A DNA stretch of 64,000 nt from Cyclobacteriaceae bacterium (GCA_020436125.1 JAGQYK010000004.1:27815-91814); one strand, 5' to 3'; positions 47,198-57,705 are shown, numbered from the stretch's first letter. Numbers and translations are program-made. The notes: a model not told the origin generated them from the sequence alone.

Positions 47198-50146
47198 TCA
47201 ATTCATCAACATTTCTATATCCTCACGTGTAAGTGTTTTTATTACGCTCTCTTCTGTTGTAATTAAGTTCTCTGACAGCCGTAGTTTGTTTTTTTGTAAC
47301 GTAAGAATTTTTTCTTCAACGGAATTACGGGTGATAAACTTATAAGTAAATACTTTCTTTTTCTGTCCGATCCGGTGTGCTCTATCTACGGCTTGCGCTT
47401 CTACCGCAGGGTTCCACCAGGGATCAAGAATAAACACATAATCAGCTTCAGTAAGGTTAAGCCCTAACCCACCTGCTTTAATAGAAATTAAAAAGACTTT
47501 TACTTTTTTGTCTTTGTTAAACATGGCTACTTGCTCCTTCCTGTCAGTACTGCTACCATCCATATATGCAAAGGGCACCTTCGTGTTCTTCAGTTGTTGC
47601 TTAATAATATCAAGGTGTTTTACAAACTGACTGAAGATTAATAATTTATGTCCTTCTGTGATCGCGTTCTCAATCATGTGAGATACATCGTTCAGTTTTC
47701 CCGAATCTCCCTTGTAATCAGGGTCGATCATTTTGGGGTGATTAGAAAGCTGCCGTAACTTCGTGAGCCCTTCGAGAAGAGTAAATCGCGAGTTATTAAT
47801 TCCCTCTTTCTCAATAAGGTCTAATATTTTATGACGATAGTGTGCTTTTACTTCTTCATACTTCTCCTCTTGCTCAGGAGTCATATCGGTATAGTAGACG
47901 TTTTCTACTTTTTCTGGAAGGTCAGTAGCTACTTGTGCTTTTAATCTTCTTAGAATAAAAGGTTTGATGATAGCATTTAGTTTTCTCGTTTTGCTTTCAT
48001 CTCCTTTCTTTTCTATCGGAATCAAATATTCATCTTTGAAAAACTTTTGCCCGCCTAGCAAACCAGGATTGATAAACGTCATTTGAGACCACAGATCTAA
48101 AGTAGTATTCTCTAAAGGAGTACCTGTAAGGGTCAGCCGATGTTTTGATCTGAGTTTTACTACAGCTTTAGCAATATTAGATGTAGGGTTTTTAATCACT
48201 TGCGATTCATCCAAAATCACATAGTTGAACATAAAATTCTGTAAAAGCTCAGCATCAAGTCGTGTGATGCCATATGAAGTCAAAATAAGATCGTAATTGC
48301 TGAATTTTGAAACGTCTTTATTTCTGTGTGTGCCTGTGTAGTTGAGAATTTTAAGATGAGGTGTGAACTTGGCAGCTTCCATCTCCCAATTATAAACGAG
48401 TGAGGTAGGCATGATGAGCAATGAGGTACCGGAGTCCCCTTTTTCTTTTTCTGCCTGAAGCATGGCTAAAGTTTGAACGGTCTTACCCAATCCCATATCA
48501 TCAGCAAGGCAACCTCCGAGCCTAAAATCATTTAGGAAGCGCAGCCAATTATATCCAGCCTTTTGATATTTTCTTAATGTGCCTTGAAATTGACTTGGCA
48601 AGGGATAGTCTTTAATGCCTGCAAAGGAATCAAGATTTCGAAGCTTTTCGCTCATGTGTACCTTGGCCAGATTACTCTCCTGAAGCTCCTTTAGTAAAGT
48701 GATGTGGTGTTTTCTGAGTACGGGTTTTTCTGTTTTCCCTTTTGTTTCACTAAGCGCAAACAAGTCTCCAAACTTAACCAACCATGCTTCAGGTATAATA
48801 GCAATCTCTCCATTGGGGAGTTTAAACTCCACCTTTTTTTTCATAATGAGTTTTCTCAACTCCTTGAAGGAGATCTCATACTCACCAAAAAATATTTTTG
48901 CGTGAATATCAAACCAATCTATGGTTTCTTTCACATCCAGCTCTATCACCGCCTTACCCACAAAGTATTTTTTGTCTCTGTTGTCAGGTTGACTTACTTC
49001 AAATCCCAGATCTAAAAGATTTATTCTGTTTTCATTGAGCCAAGAAAACGCTTGTGCTTTTTCTACAGCAGTTCTAAAACCACCACGCAAAGCCAAACCC
49101 AGTTTGGTCAAAGTCTGTGCATATTTTTTCTCAGTCTCTAAATCTCTTACAATGCGATGAAAAACATAATCGTTTTCAATCTTCTCTAGTTTTACACTTA
49201 CAGGCCCTGGCGAGTCACCTCTGAATTGATGCTTTCCATACTTGAATGAGAGGTCAAAAATTATTTTTCCGGACTCGTCATCTTTTTGATAGGGTGTATC
49301 GTCTTCACCAAAAAGTTTAGGCGCTGTTCTATTGCCAACTGGTGGAAGTTCTGACAAAGTAAGAAGTGGATGAGGAGAGAAATCATGTTTGGCAATTTCA
49401 AATCCTTTTACTTCAACATTATCAAATGAGGCAATTAGCGGAGCCACAAATCTGTTGTAATAGGTTTCTTCTAGATTTTTTGGAATGACTACAAATTTTT
49501 TGCTAAGAAAAGGAAGCAATTTTTTGCCATCTACGTGTACATCAAACCCGTATAATTTTCCGCCAAGCACAAGCCATGCCGGGCTTTTGCAAACCAGATA
49601 AGCGGATGTGTTGGGCAAATCAATTTTTTTGCCTTTATACGAAATAGTGGGGTAGTAATTCGTGCTATCCTCATTGCGCATGAAGTGGAATTGAATAGAA
49701 GCCTTTTCAGGCTGTACCTCCAATTTTCTCTCGGTAGGCTCACCATCGTTGCCCATTTCAAAAACCATTTTACCGGACAATTTGTCCATTACGATGGCCC
49801 TTCGCTTTTCCATGTATGCCTCAATTTGTTCTTGAAGCATTTCATCACCCTTTTCCTTTTTATAGATTTTTGCAAAAAACTCATTGGGCTTCATGACTTT
49901 TTTAGAAAAGTGCTTGAGAACGGCATCCTGACTCATGCTGTCCATTATCTCAATGAGCTCATAATCGCGGTCGTCCAATCCTTTGGAGAACTCACGTGCA
50001 TTTTTTGAAGATATATTTTGATGCTGGTAGGTGAGTTTGCCCTTATCATCTAAGTGGACAATAAAGGACTCAAACATATACCCCAAATACTCGTGCTGGT
50101 AGAGCGAGTAAATGATTTGAAAGGGCTGAGCTGCCGATACTTTCAT
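47198..50146 (-). CDS. SNF2-family DEAD/DEAH helicase
   Basis: LADDMGLGKT, ILDESQ, LTGTPLEN, SIKAGGLGLNL, DPWWNPAVEAQAVDRAHRIGQ. Start at ATG 50146 (MKVSAAQ) preferred over 50257. Confidence 0.94.
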   Translation of the reverse strand: MKVSAAQPFQIIYSLYQHEYLGYMFESFIVHLDDKGKLTYQHQNISSKNAREFSKGLDDRDYELIEIMDSMSQDAVLKHFSKKVMKPNEFFAKIYKKEKGDEMLQEQIEAYMEKRRAIVMDKLSGKMVFEMGNDGEPTERKLEVQPEKASIQFHFMRNEDSTNYYPTISYKGKKIDLPNTSAYLVCKSPAWLVLGGKLYGFDVHVDGKKLLPFLSKKFVVIPKNLEETYYNRFVAPLIASFDNVEVKGFEIAKHDFSPHPLLTLSELPPVGNRTAPKLFGEDDTPYQKDDESGKIIFDLSFKYGKHQFRGDSPGPVSVKLEKIENDYVFHRIVRDLETEKKYAQTLTKLGLALRGGFRTAVEKAQAFSWLNENRINLLDLGFEVSQPDNRDKKYFVGKAVIELDVKETIDWFDIHAKIFFGEYEISFKELRKLIMKKKVEFKLPNGEIAIIPEAWLVKFGDLFALSETKGKTEKPVLRKHHITLLKELQESNLAKVHMSEKLRNLDSFAGIKDYPLPSQFQGTLRKYQKAGYNWLRFLNDFRLGGCLADDMGLGKTVQTLAMLQAEKEKGDSGTSLLIMPTSLVYNWEMEAAKFTPHLKILNYTGTHRNKDVSKFSNYDLILTSYGITRLDAELLQNFMFNYVILDESQVIKNPTSNIAKAVVKLRSKHRLTLTGTPLENTTLDLWSQMTFINPGLLGGQKFFKDEYLIPIEKKGDESKTRKLNAIIKPFILRRLKAQVATDLPEKVENVYYTDMTPEQEEKYEEVKAHYRHKILDLIEKEGINNSRFTLLEGLTKLRQLSNHPKMIDPDYKGDSGKLNDVSHMIENAITEGHKLLIFSQFVKHLDIIKQQLKNTKVPFAYMDGSSTDRKEQVAMFNKDKKVKVFLISIKAGGLGLNLTEADYVFILDPWWNPAVEAQAVDRAHRIGQKKKVFTYKFITRNSVEEKILTLQKNKLRLSENLITTEESVIKTLTREDIEMLMN

Positions 50147-50308
50147 GGGGTCTGAAAAACTTGGTTTAAAAAAGTTTAACCTTATCTGCCTTTGAAAAGA
50201 GTCCTTTTTGACAGGAAAAAGCACTTTTTTGTAAAAGCAGAATTGCAAAATAAGCAATCCGCTTGAAAAAAACCGGACAATCTTAGCTCTTTTCCTACAT
50301 TGGTAGAA

Positions 50309-51532
50309 CTACAGATTTTGGGTCGAATACGACCTGGAGGCTAGTATGGCTGGGTAAAATGACACGAGGAAAGTAATGGCGATAATGACGAGACTGGTAA
50401 GTGCGAAATCGGACCAAATCATAATAACGGGGTAGTCAGAAACCACAGCATTTTCCATTCCCATACCTACTAGTCCAAACTGACCCTGTGCCCAGCACAC
50501 CAGGCCGCCAATTATTAAGCCCGATCCTGCTCCGATGAATGAAATAATGGCTCCTTCTGAAAAGAAAACTCTACTGATCAATTTTTTGTCGGCACCAAGG
50601 GCAGAAAGTATGCTGATGTCTTTCTTCTTATCAATAGCGAGCATCATTAATGAGAAGAATATATTGATTGAACCTACGGTAATTAAGAGTGATAGGGCCA
50701 GGAATGTAAAGAGCTTTTCAATTTTTAAAAGTCTGTAGAGGTCTTTTTGTTGTTCTTCGTTGGTAAGCACAGCAAAGGAGTCTCCCATTGCTTCAGATAC
50801 CTTTTGTTTTACACTATTGAGATTAACCCCTTCATCAGTTTTAATCTCTAATGCCGTCCGCTTATTGCCGTAGTCCAGCAAGTCGGCAACAAAATCGAGG
50901 GGAAGGAAAATATAATTTTCGTCATAATTTTTTTCAATAGAGAAAACTCCACCCGGCCGTATGCTCTTGCGCGAATACATTTGTGATGGATCCAAGGAAG
51001 TTCGCTTAAGGTCTTTTATATAAAATACCTGAAGGGCATACATCTCATCTTCCACAGCTACAGAAAGGGCATACTGTATGCCACGCCCCAGTATAGCATA
51101 GTCTATTCCATTCTCTTTTAATTTCATTTCACCCTGCACAATACGATCATCAAGCCGATGTTGATCAATAAAATTGTCACTCACACCTTTAATAGTAGCA
51201 ACCACATCAGCGTCACGGTACCGGATGTAGGCGTAGTCTTCAATTACTTCAGTAACTACATTAACTCCTTCTATGGCATTGAGTTTAGAAAGCAACTCGT
51301 CATTTATTTCAAAGGATTTTCCTTCAACAGCTTCAATTTTAAGTTCTGGATCAAATGAAACGTACAAAGATCGGAGTAAACCCTCCAGGCCATTAAATAC
51401 GGAGAGTACAATGATAAGTGCTGCTGTAGAAAAGGCAACTCCAACCATCGAGAGAATGGAAATAATGTTAATAAAATTTTGTTTTCGCTTGGAGAAAAAA
51501 TAACGCTTGGCGATAAACAAGGAGAGATTCAC
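50309..51532 (-). CDS. LolC/E-family (FtsX-like) lipoprotein-releasing ABC permease
   Basis: IAKRYFFSK...INIISILS...LSVFNGLE; KKKDISILSALGA; typical location downstream of rbfA. Confidence 0.85.
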   Translation of the reverse strand: MNLSLFIAKRYFFSKRKQNFINIISILSMVGVAFSTAALIIVLSVFNGLEGLLRSLYVSFDPELKIEAVEGKSFEINDELLSKLNAIEGVNVVTEVIEDYAYIRYRDADVVATIKGVSDNFIDQHRLDDRIVQGEMKLKENGIDYAILGRGIQYALSVAVEDEMYALQVFYIKDLKRTSLDPSQMYSRKSIRPGGVFSIEKNYDENYIFLPLDFVADLLDYGNKRTALEIKTDEGVNLNSVKQKVSEAMGDSFAVLTNEEQQKDLYRLLKIEKLFTFLALSLLITVGSINIFFSLMMLAIDKKKDISILSALGADKKLISRVFFSEGAIISFIGAGSGLIIGGLVCWAQGQFGLVGMGMENAVVSDYPVIMIWSDFALTSLVIIAITFLVSFYPAILASRSYSTQNL

Positions 51533-51543
51533 AGAGGAGGATT

Positions 51544-51927
51544 CTATTTAACTTCTTTGTTCTCTTCGTCAGCGGGTGGGATGTTCAAGCTGTTGATCAA
51601 GGAATCAATTTTGAATGCATTTTCTTCCACCTCATCAATGAAAAATATCAATTCGGGAATTATACGCACCTGCTTTCCGATCTTGCCACCCAATTCCTTT
51701 CTGATCTCACTTTTGCGGGTATTCAATCGGTCAAGAGTTGCATCTTTACTTTTGGCAAGCATCATGCTAATATAAATCTTCGCCACACTTAAGTCAGGGC
51801 TCATTTTTACGTCCGCGATGGTAATCATTTCATTGTTGAGAATGCCCCTTCTATCGCGTTGAAAAATGTCGCTAATTTCTTTTTGAATTAGCTTGGCATA
51901 TTTCTGTTGTCTCACGGTTCCACTCAT
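51544..51927 (-). CDS. rbfA: 30S ribosome-binding factor RbfA
   Basis: RQQKYAKLIQKEISDIF, VKMSPDLSVAKIYIS, VRIIPELIFFID. Confidence 0.95.
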   Translation of the reverse strand: MSGTVRQQKYAKLIQKEISDIFQRDRRGILNNEMITIADVKMSPDLSVAKIYISMMLAKSKDATLDRLNTRKSEIRKELGGKIGKQVRIIPELIFFIDEVEENAFKIDSLINSLNIPPADEENKEVK

Positions 51928-51931
51928 GCCT

Positions 51932-51939
51932 CAAAGATA
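51932..51939 (-). promoter_or_regulatory. -7 promoter element TATCTTTG 4 nt upstream of the rbfA ATG
   Basis: TATCTTTG-AGGC-ATG. Confidence 0.55.
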
Positions 51940-52025
51940 AGCAAAAGTGTAGGGTGATGAGTGAGTATAATAAAAATCAGTCTGGTGGAGGCCAATCCCC
52001 GTTTTTTCGAACAATTATCATTTAA

Positions 52026-53453
52026 TTGCGAATTCTAAACAAACTGCCTGTGCTGCTCCGCTTCTTTCGGATCAATGACCCTTACCGCCTGCTTGGATTA
52101 CTTATCATTATTATTCTGATAAGTCTTCCCTTTTTCATTATGCCTGTCGGTATAATGCTGAGTGAGCTCAAATATTTGGTGCTGGGGGAAGCCATGGCAA
52201 ATGGAAAACTTATGTATGTGCAGGTGTTTGATGACACTCCACCATTGGCAAGTGTCTTGTTTGGGTTTAAGCACTTGATATTTGGTAAATCATTATTGGC
52301 TGGTCATATCTTAGCAGTTTTTATCATCATTTTTCAATCGAGCTACTTTGCAATTCTACTGATTAATAATAAAGCGTACGCTGAGAATACATATTTGCCT
52401 TCATTAATTTTTGGCCTCCTCTGCTTCTTTTCTTTTGACCTATTGAGTTTTTCTCCTGAATTATTGGCCTCTACCGTTTTACTTTTTGCTATCAATCAAC
52501 TGTTCCATGAAATTGAATTTAAAATTCAGCGAGACGAAATAACTTTAAAACTTGGAGTGTACCTGGGCTTGGCCACATTTCTGGTGTTTTCTTATTGGGT
52601 GTTTTTACTCCTGACCATATTTATTCTAATTACTTTCACTCGGGCTGGATTTAGAAAGATTGCTCTAATGGTGTTTGGGTTTATTTTGCCACATGCAGTT
52701 CTGTTCACACTCTATTTTTATAAAGGGGAAACGAATTTGCTTTTGAGAAATTTTTATTTGAGCAACCTTACTTTGTCTGGCGAGATGCTGGTAAGTAGTA
52801 AAGGTTTATTTGTTTTAGCCGCATTGCCACTGGCTTATTTTGTTTTCTCTGTATTCATGATGAATAGAGAAGCACGTTTTACCAAGTATCAATCCCAATT
52901 AATGCAGGTAATGTTTCTTTGGCTGTTATTTGCTTTAATTCAAGTATTGGTAGCTCGCCAGGTTTCGCCAGCGAGTTTGATAACCTTTATTCCACCTTTT
53001 GCTTATTTTATAAGCCATTACCTATTATTGATTAGAAGAAAGTGGAGAGCTGAGTTGATGCTCTGGTTATTCCTGGCTGGTATTGTGAGTGTGAATCTTC
53101 TTTCAAGGTCGGGAAGGATAATGTCGGTTGATTTTACCAGCCTATTTCCAAAAACCAATTCTTCTTCTAATCAAATTACAGAGAAGAGAATCCTGGTGTT
53201 GGATAAGAACCTGAATGTTTATCAACATAATTCTTTGGGGGGATATTTTTTAGATTGGGAGTTGTCCTCGCCCATCTTTGCGGACTTGTCACAATACCAT
53301 CATGTTGAAATTATTTCTTCTTGCTTCGATGAAGATCCTCCTGAAGTAATTATTGATAATAATAACCTTATGGAAGGAGTAATACAGAGAATACCTTCCA
53401 TTGGAATAGCGTATAGGAGAGAGGGGAATATCTATAAAAAAATCAGCAACTGA
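52026..53453 (+). CDS. Polytopic membrane protein of unknown function (DUF6427-like); start may be GTG 52050
   Basis: About 10 hydrophobic helices, ENTYLPSL motif, soluble C-terminal tail. Confidence 0.75.
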   Translation: MRILNKLPVLLRFFRINDPYRLLGLLIIIILISLPFFIMPVGIMLSELKYLVLGEAMANGKLMYVQVFDDTPPLASVLFGFKHLIFGKSLLAGHILAVFIIIFQSSYFAILLINNKAYAENTYLPSLIFGLLCFFSFDLLSFSPELLASTVLLFAINQLFHEIEFKIQRDEITLKLGVYLGLATFLVFSYWVFLLLTIFILITFTRAGFRKIALMVFGFILPHAVLFTLYFYKGETNLLLRNFYLSNLTLSGEMLVSSKGLFVLAALPLAYFVFSVFMMNREARFTKYQSQLMQVMFLWLLFALIQVLVARQVSPASLITFIPPFAYFISHYLLLIRRKWRAELMLWLFLAGIVSVNLLSRSGRIMSVDFTSLFPKTNSSSNQITEKRILVLDKNLNVYQHNSLGGYFLDWELSSPIFADLSQYHHVEIISSCFDEDPPEVIIDNNNLMEGVIQRIPSIGIAYRREGNIYKKISN

Positions 53454-53877
53454 TTTTGTTCACTCTGCGTTCATGACGACCACCTTCGAAGTCGACCTTC
53501 AAGAATTGATCAACAATTTTTTCAGCTAATTCCATTTTTATAAATCGAGCTGGCAAGCAAAGCACATTGGCATTGTTATGTTGTCGGGCAAGCGATGCCA
53601 ATTCCTCATTCCAGCATATCGCGGCACGAATTCCTTGATGTTTATTTGCTGCCATGGCTACTCCGTTGGCTGAACCACAAATTAGAATCCCAAGGTCATT
53701 TTCACCCTTTTCTACAGCAATGGCTACAGGGTGAGCAAAGTCTGGATAGTCGGCAGACTCGGTACTGTGCGTACCAAAATCGGTAAGCTCAAAACCTTGT
53801 TTTTGTAAAAGAGATTTTACTTCCTCTTTCATTTCGTAACCTGCGTGGTCACTACCTATGGCAATTTTTTGTTTCAT
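53443..53877 (-). CDS. rpiB: Ribose-5-phosphate isomerase B
   Basis: IAIGSDHAG, DYPDF, GILICGSANG, ARQHNNAN, FEGGRHERR. Confidence 0.97.
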   Translation of the reverse strand: MKQKIAIGSDHAGYEMKEEVKSLLQKQGFELTDFGTHSTESADYPDFAHPVAIAVEKGENDLGILICGSANGVAMAANKHQGIRAAICWNEELASLARQHNNANVLCLPARFIKMELAEKIVDQFLKVDFEGGRHERRVNKISC

Positions 53878-54713
53878 GCATCTGCTTGGTCTGCTCGAAG
53901 GTCCTCTTCGTCTTGTTTTAATTTTTGTCTCACTACCATTGCAGAAATCAAGATACTTATTTCATAAAGTAAGTACAAGGGCAACGATATTAACGACTGG
54001 CTCAATGGATCGGGTGGGGTGATAATGGCACCTATAATAAGAATGGCTACTAGGGCGTGCTTTCTATATTGTCTCATTAATGCAGGTGTTACTATTCCAA
54101 TTTTTGAAAGGAAAAAAACAACTACAGGTAATTGAAACAACAAGCCACTTCCAAAAACCAGCATTGTAATGGTGGACACGTAAGAGGTGATGTCAAACTC
54201 ATTGGAAACCATATCGCTAATAGAATACGATGACAGGAACCAAACAGCGAGAGGGCTCATGATGAAATAGCCAAATGATATTCCCACCAGAAAAAGAAAT
54301 GAGACTGCGATTACTGCCCAGCGCGAATTTTTTCTTTCACTGGATTCAAGGCCAGGGGTAACGAATTTCCAAATTTCCCAGAACACATAAGGGAATGCAA
54401 CTATAAATCCGATAACAAAAGAAGCAGTGAGGTGCATCGTAAACTGACCGGTCATCAAACGGCTTTGTATTTTGAAAGGAATAAATTCCACACAAAGTGA
54501 CTCCACCATGTTTAACGCGTTACCTACTTTGCATAAGTATTTGAAAGTGATAAAGTCGACACGGGCCGGTGCGAAAACAATATTTTCAAAAATCCACGGG
54601 CCAAATATGAACGCAGCAATCATAAAAATAAAGATGGCAGAGATAGCTCTTACAATGTGCCACCTCAATTCCTCTAAATGATCGAGGAATGACATTTCTT
54701 TCTCTACACTCAT
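53874..54713 (-). CDS. tatC: Twin-arginine translocase subunit TatC
   Basis: EMSFLDHLEELRWH, IWKFVTPGL, FQLPV, IITPPDP. Confidence 0.97.
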   Translation of the reverse strand: MSVEKEMSFLDHLEELRWHIVRAISAIFIFMIAAFIFGPWIFENIVFAPARVDFITFKYLCKVGNALNMVESLCVEFIPFKIQSRLMTGQFTMHLTASFVIGFIVAFPYVFWEIWKFVTPGLESSERKNSRWAVIAVSFLFLVGISFGYFIMSPLAVWFLSSYSISDMVSNEFDITSYVSTITMLVFGSGLLFQLPVVVFFLSKIGIVTPALMRQYRKHALVAILIIGAIITPPDPLSQSLISLPLYLLYEISILISAMVVRQKLKQDEEDLRADQADA

Positions 54714-54729
54714 CTCCGCTCCTTATTTT

Positions 54730-56001
54730 TTAACTGTATAATGGAAATTTTTGAACGAAACGATTCACTTTTCTTTTCATCGCAGATAAATGTTTTGAAT
54801 CGTCAGGTTTCGTCAATGTTTGGTCAATCAGATCAACAACTTTAACAACATCCTTTTCTTTCATACCCCGTGTAGTAATAGCAGGTGTGCCGATGCGCAT
54901 ACCCGAGGTTACAAAAGGTGATTGCGTATCAAAAGGAACCATGTTTTTGTTAATGGTAATATCTGCTCTTACTAATGCCTCTTCTGCTTGCTTACCCGTA
55001 AGCTTTTTAGAACGCAGATCAATGAGCATCAAATGATTATCGGTGCCACCTGAAATAATATGATATCCGTGGTTCACAAATTCAGCAGCCATGGCCTGAG
55101 CATTCTTAGACACCTGCACCACATATTCCAGGTATTCGTCAGAAAGAGCTTCTGCAAATGAAATCGCTTTGGCAGCAATCACATGTTCTAGGGGGCCTCC
55201 CTGAGTTCCTGGAAATACGCCTGAGTCTAGGATAGAAGACATTTTTCTAATCTCACCTTTAGGTGATTTCTTGCCCCATGGGTTGTCAAAATTTTGTCCC
55301 ATCATGATCATTCCACCCCGAGGGCCACGTAATGTTTTGTGGGTGGTAGTGGTAACCACATGACAGTGTTGCATCGGATCGTTAAGAAGGCCACGAGCGA
55401 TCAATCCTGCAGGGTGTGCAATGTCTGCCAACAAAATTGCCCCAACAGCATCAGCGGCTTCGCGTAATTTTTTATAATCCCAGTCGCGGCTATAAGCGGA
55501 AGCTCCGCATATGATCATTTTTGGCTTCTCTTTTTTAGCAATCTTGATCACATTATCAAAATCGATCAGCCCAGTTTCTTTTTCTACACCATAAAAAACA
55601 GGCTTATACAACTTCCCTGAAAAATTGACTGGAGAACCGTGTGTAAGATGACCCCCATGAGAGAGATCAAAACCTAAAATTTTATCTCCTGGGTTTAAGC
55701 AGGCAAGCATTACGGATGCGTTGGCTTGTGCACCAGAGTGAGGTTGCACATTGACCCATTCGGCAGCAAATAATTCCTTAGCCCTATCGATGGCTAACTG
55801 TTCAATTTCATCAACCACTTCACAGCCACCATAGTATCTCTTCCCGGGTAGACCTTCTGCGTATTTATTGGTGAGTACTGTTCCCATCGCCTTCATTACT
55901 TGTGCAGAGGTAAAATTTTCTGATGCAATGAGTTCAATGCCTTCTTGTTGGCGAATTTTTTCTTTTTGGATTAGATCGAAGATGATTTTGTCGCGTTTCA
56001 T
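54730..56001 (-). CDS. glyA: Serine hydroxymethyltransferase
   Basis: [47 protein letters not shown]. Confidence 0.99.
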   Translation of the reverse strand: MKRDKIIFDLIQKEKIRQQEGIELIASENFTSAQVMKAMGTVLTNKYAEGLPGKRYYGGCEVVDEIEQLAIDRAKELFAAEWVNVQPHSGAQANASVMLACLNPGDKILGFDLSHGGHLTHGSPVNFSGKLYKPVFYGVEKETGLIDFDNVIKIAKKEKPKMIICGASAYSRDWDYKKLREAADAVGAILLADIAHPAGLIARGLLNDPMQHCHVVTTTTHKTLRGPRGGMIMMGQNFDNPWGKKSPKGEIRKMSSILDSGVFPGTQGGPLEHVIAAKAISFAEALSDEYLEYVVQVSKNAQAMAAEFVNHGYHIISGGTDNHLMLIDLRSKKLTGKQAEEALVRADITINKNMVPFDTQSPFVTSGMRIGTPAITTRGMKEKDVVKVVDLIDQTLTKPDDSKHLSAMKRKVNRFVQKFPLYS

Positions 56002-56055
56002 CGGAGTGATTGGATTAACAATTTTAGCAAGATGAACTTGCTTTTTTTAAGGCTC

Positions 56056-56063
56056 CAAAAATA
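56056..56063 (-). promoter_or_regulatory. -7 promoter element TATTTTTG for glyA-tatC-rpiB
   Basis: Exact TAnnTTTG about 55 nt upstream of the glyA ATG. Confidence 0.5.
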
Positions 56064-56108
56064 GGAGTTAATCCATAGATATTACAATTAGAAGAGAATT
56101 ACTCTTGT

Positions 56109-57020
56109 TTACCAGGACCCACTGCTTCCTCCCCCACCGAAACTTCCGCCTCCACCAGAGAATCCTCCCCCACCTCCTGAAGACCAACCACCGCCACCGC
56201 TCCATCCTCCACCAAATCCTCCACCTCGAGATCGACTATTGGAGGCTTCCATATTTTTGGCAATCCGTTTGCCCCATGCGGTGTTTCCCAAAAGCAATTT
56301 TAGAACGGGGAAGCCAATTAGGTAGCCGTATAGTATATTGATACTTCCCCCCAATGCGAATGTTGGAAAAACAGCCCAGAATGGAATAAGGAAGAAGTAA
56401 AGGAACCACCCAGCCTTTCCAGAAATTAAGCCAATAAAAGTAAATATTCCCAGGATACCATAAACGAACAGCCCTATCATTATCAATTCCGACCCACTGA
56501 GTTGATCTTCAAAACCAATTCCATCGGAGTCAGTTGCAGCGTACTCACCTCCTATTGCTTTGATAATTCCGTTTACACCAGCCACGACTCCTGCTTCATA
56601 GTCTCCTCTTCTAAATTCAGGTGCGATTTCATTTCTTATTATTCTATTGCTCAATGCGTCTGTAAGAACGCCTTCCAAGCCTTCACCTACCTCTATTCTC
56701 ATTTTGCGGTCTTCAATGGCAATTAATAATAAAACACCATTGTCTTTATCCTTCTGCCCTAATTTCCATTTCTCAGCCACCCTTAGCGAATATTCTTCTA
56801 AGACATCACCATCAAGGGAAGGTACAATGAGGACGGCAATTTGATTGGAGGTTGAATCTTCGTAAACTTTTAACTGGGACTCTAATTGTGTTACACCATT
56901 GGCTGACATGACCTTGGCATCGTCATGCACGCGCATACTCCATAGTTCAGGCACAGCTTTTTGAGCGTGGCTAACAAGAGTAATACTTAGTAAAAAGAGA
57001 AAAGAAAGGAATCGAGCCAT
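56109..57020 (-). CDS. TPM-domain membrane protein with Gly-rich C-terminus (YgcG-like)
   Basis: VHDDAKVM, DRKMRIEVGEGLEGVLTD, GGGGSFGGGGSSGSW. Start at ATG 57020 (MARFL). Confidence 0.9.
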   Translation of the reverse strand: MARFLSFLFLLSITLVSHAQKAVPELWSMRVHDDAKVMSANGVTQLESQLKVYEDSTSNQIAVLIVPSLDGDVLEEYSLRVAEKWKLGQKDKDNGVLLLIAIEDRKMRIEVGEGLEGVLTDALSNRIIRNEIAPEFRRGDYEAGVVAGVNGIIKAIGGEYAATDSDGIGFEDQLSGSELIMIGLFVYGILGIFTFIGLISGKAGWFLYFFLIPFWAVFPTFALGGSINILYGYLIGFPVLKLLLGNTAWGKRIAKNMEASNSRSRGGGFGGGWSGGGGWSSGGGGGFSGGGGSFGGGGSSGSW

Positions 57021-57024
57021 TTGA

Positions 57025-57678
57025 TTAGTCTTCAAGACGTAGATCATCACGTAATTCATTCACATCATCGTTTGTACGGTTGAATCCATTTTCTAACAAT
57101 ACGTCAGCACAACGTTCAATTGCGGTGACCATTCCATCTGCCACCTTACCTTTTTGTATGTTGGTAATGATGTTAGTGACAATTTTATCCCATTCTTTTT
57201 GATCTACCACTTTACTTATTCCGCGATCAGCCATTACGATTACCTCATGCTCGAAGAAGGAAACAAAGATCATGATGCCGGTGCGATGTCTGGTGTTAAA
57301 TACTTCTTCTTCAAGGAAGGCACTTTCCGCTCTTTTTCGAGTAGACTGATCTAAATGAAATTGGCTGAGCAGCCAAAACTTTACAGGCAGAATATAATGT
57401 GCAATAGTGGCCCCAAGTGCACCAGCCACCACTACTATTAGGAAGATCCGGAGTGGGTCATATACAGATAGAGATGGAACATAGCGATCAAAGATGACGA
57501 TAAGGCCAAATGCTAAGGCAGCCATAACCATAGCCCCCCTATAATTGGCGATGGTATAATAACCACTCTTCTCTACAAATACAGGAACAATCTCTCCTGA
57601 TACCTTATCCTCAGCTGCTTTTACAGCCGCTTTGATGCGCTCAAGGTCTTTTTCTGAGAATCGTTGTTTCAGTGACAT
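57025..57678 (-). CDS. TPM-domain membrane protein (partner of the above)
   Basis: AEDKVSGEIVP, TRHRTGIMIFVSFFEHEVIVMADRGI, NELRD. Confidence 0.87.
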   Translation of the reverse strand: MSLKQRFSEKDLERIKAAVKAAEDKVSGEIVPVFVEKSGYYTIANYRGAMVMAALAFGLIVIFDRYVPSLSVYDPLRIFLIVVVAGALGATIAHYILPVKFWLLSQFHLDQSTRKRAESAFLEEEVFNTRHRTGIMIFVSFFEHEVIVMADRGISKVVDQKEWDKIVTNIITNIQKGKVADGMVTAIERCADVLLENGFNRTNDDVNELRDDLRLED

Positions 57679-57697
57679 GCGCTGGTTGGTTAATTAT

Positions 57698-57705
57698 CAA
57701 ATATA
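57698..57705 (-). promoter_or_regulatory. -7 promoter element TATATTTG for the TPM pair
   Basis: Exact TAnnTTTG 19 nt upstream of ATG 57678. Confidence 0.5.

Noticed and set aside
56026-56048. Short hairpin plus T7 upstream of glyA (riboswitch/terminator?)
   Set aside because: Only a 6-bp stem, the T-tract is on the non-coding strand, and there are no ZMP/ZTP, glycine or THF riboswitch motifs.
56109-56230. Repetitive CCA/CCT/CCG tract
   Set aside because: Encodes the normal Gly-rich tail of TPM proteins; not a CRISPR or VNTR.
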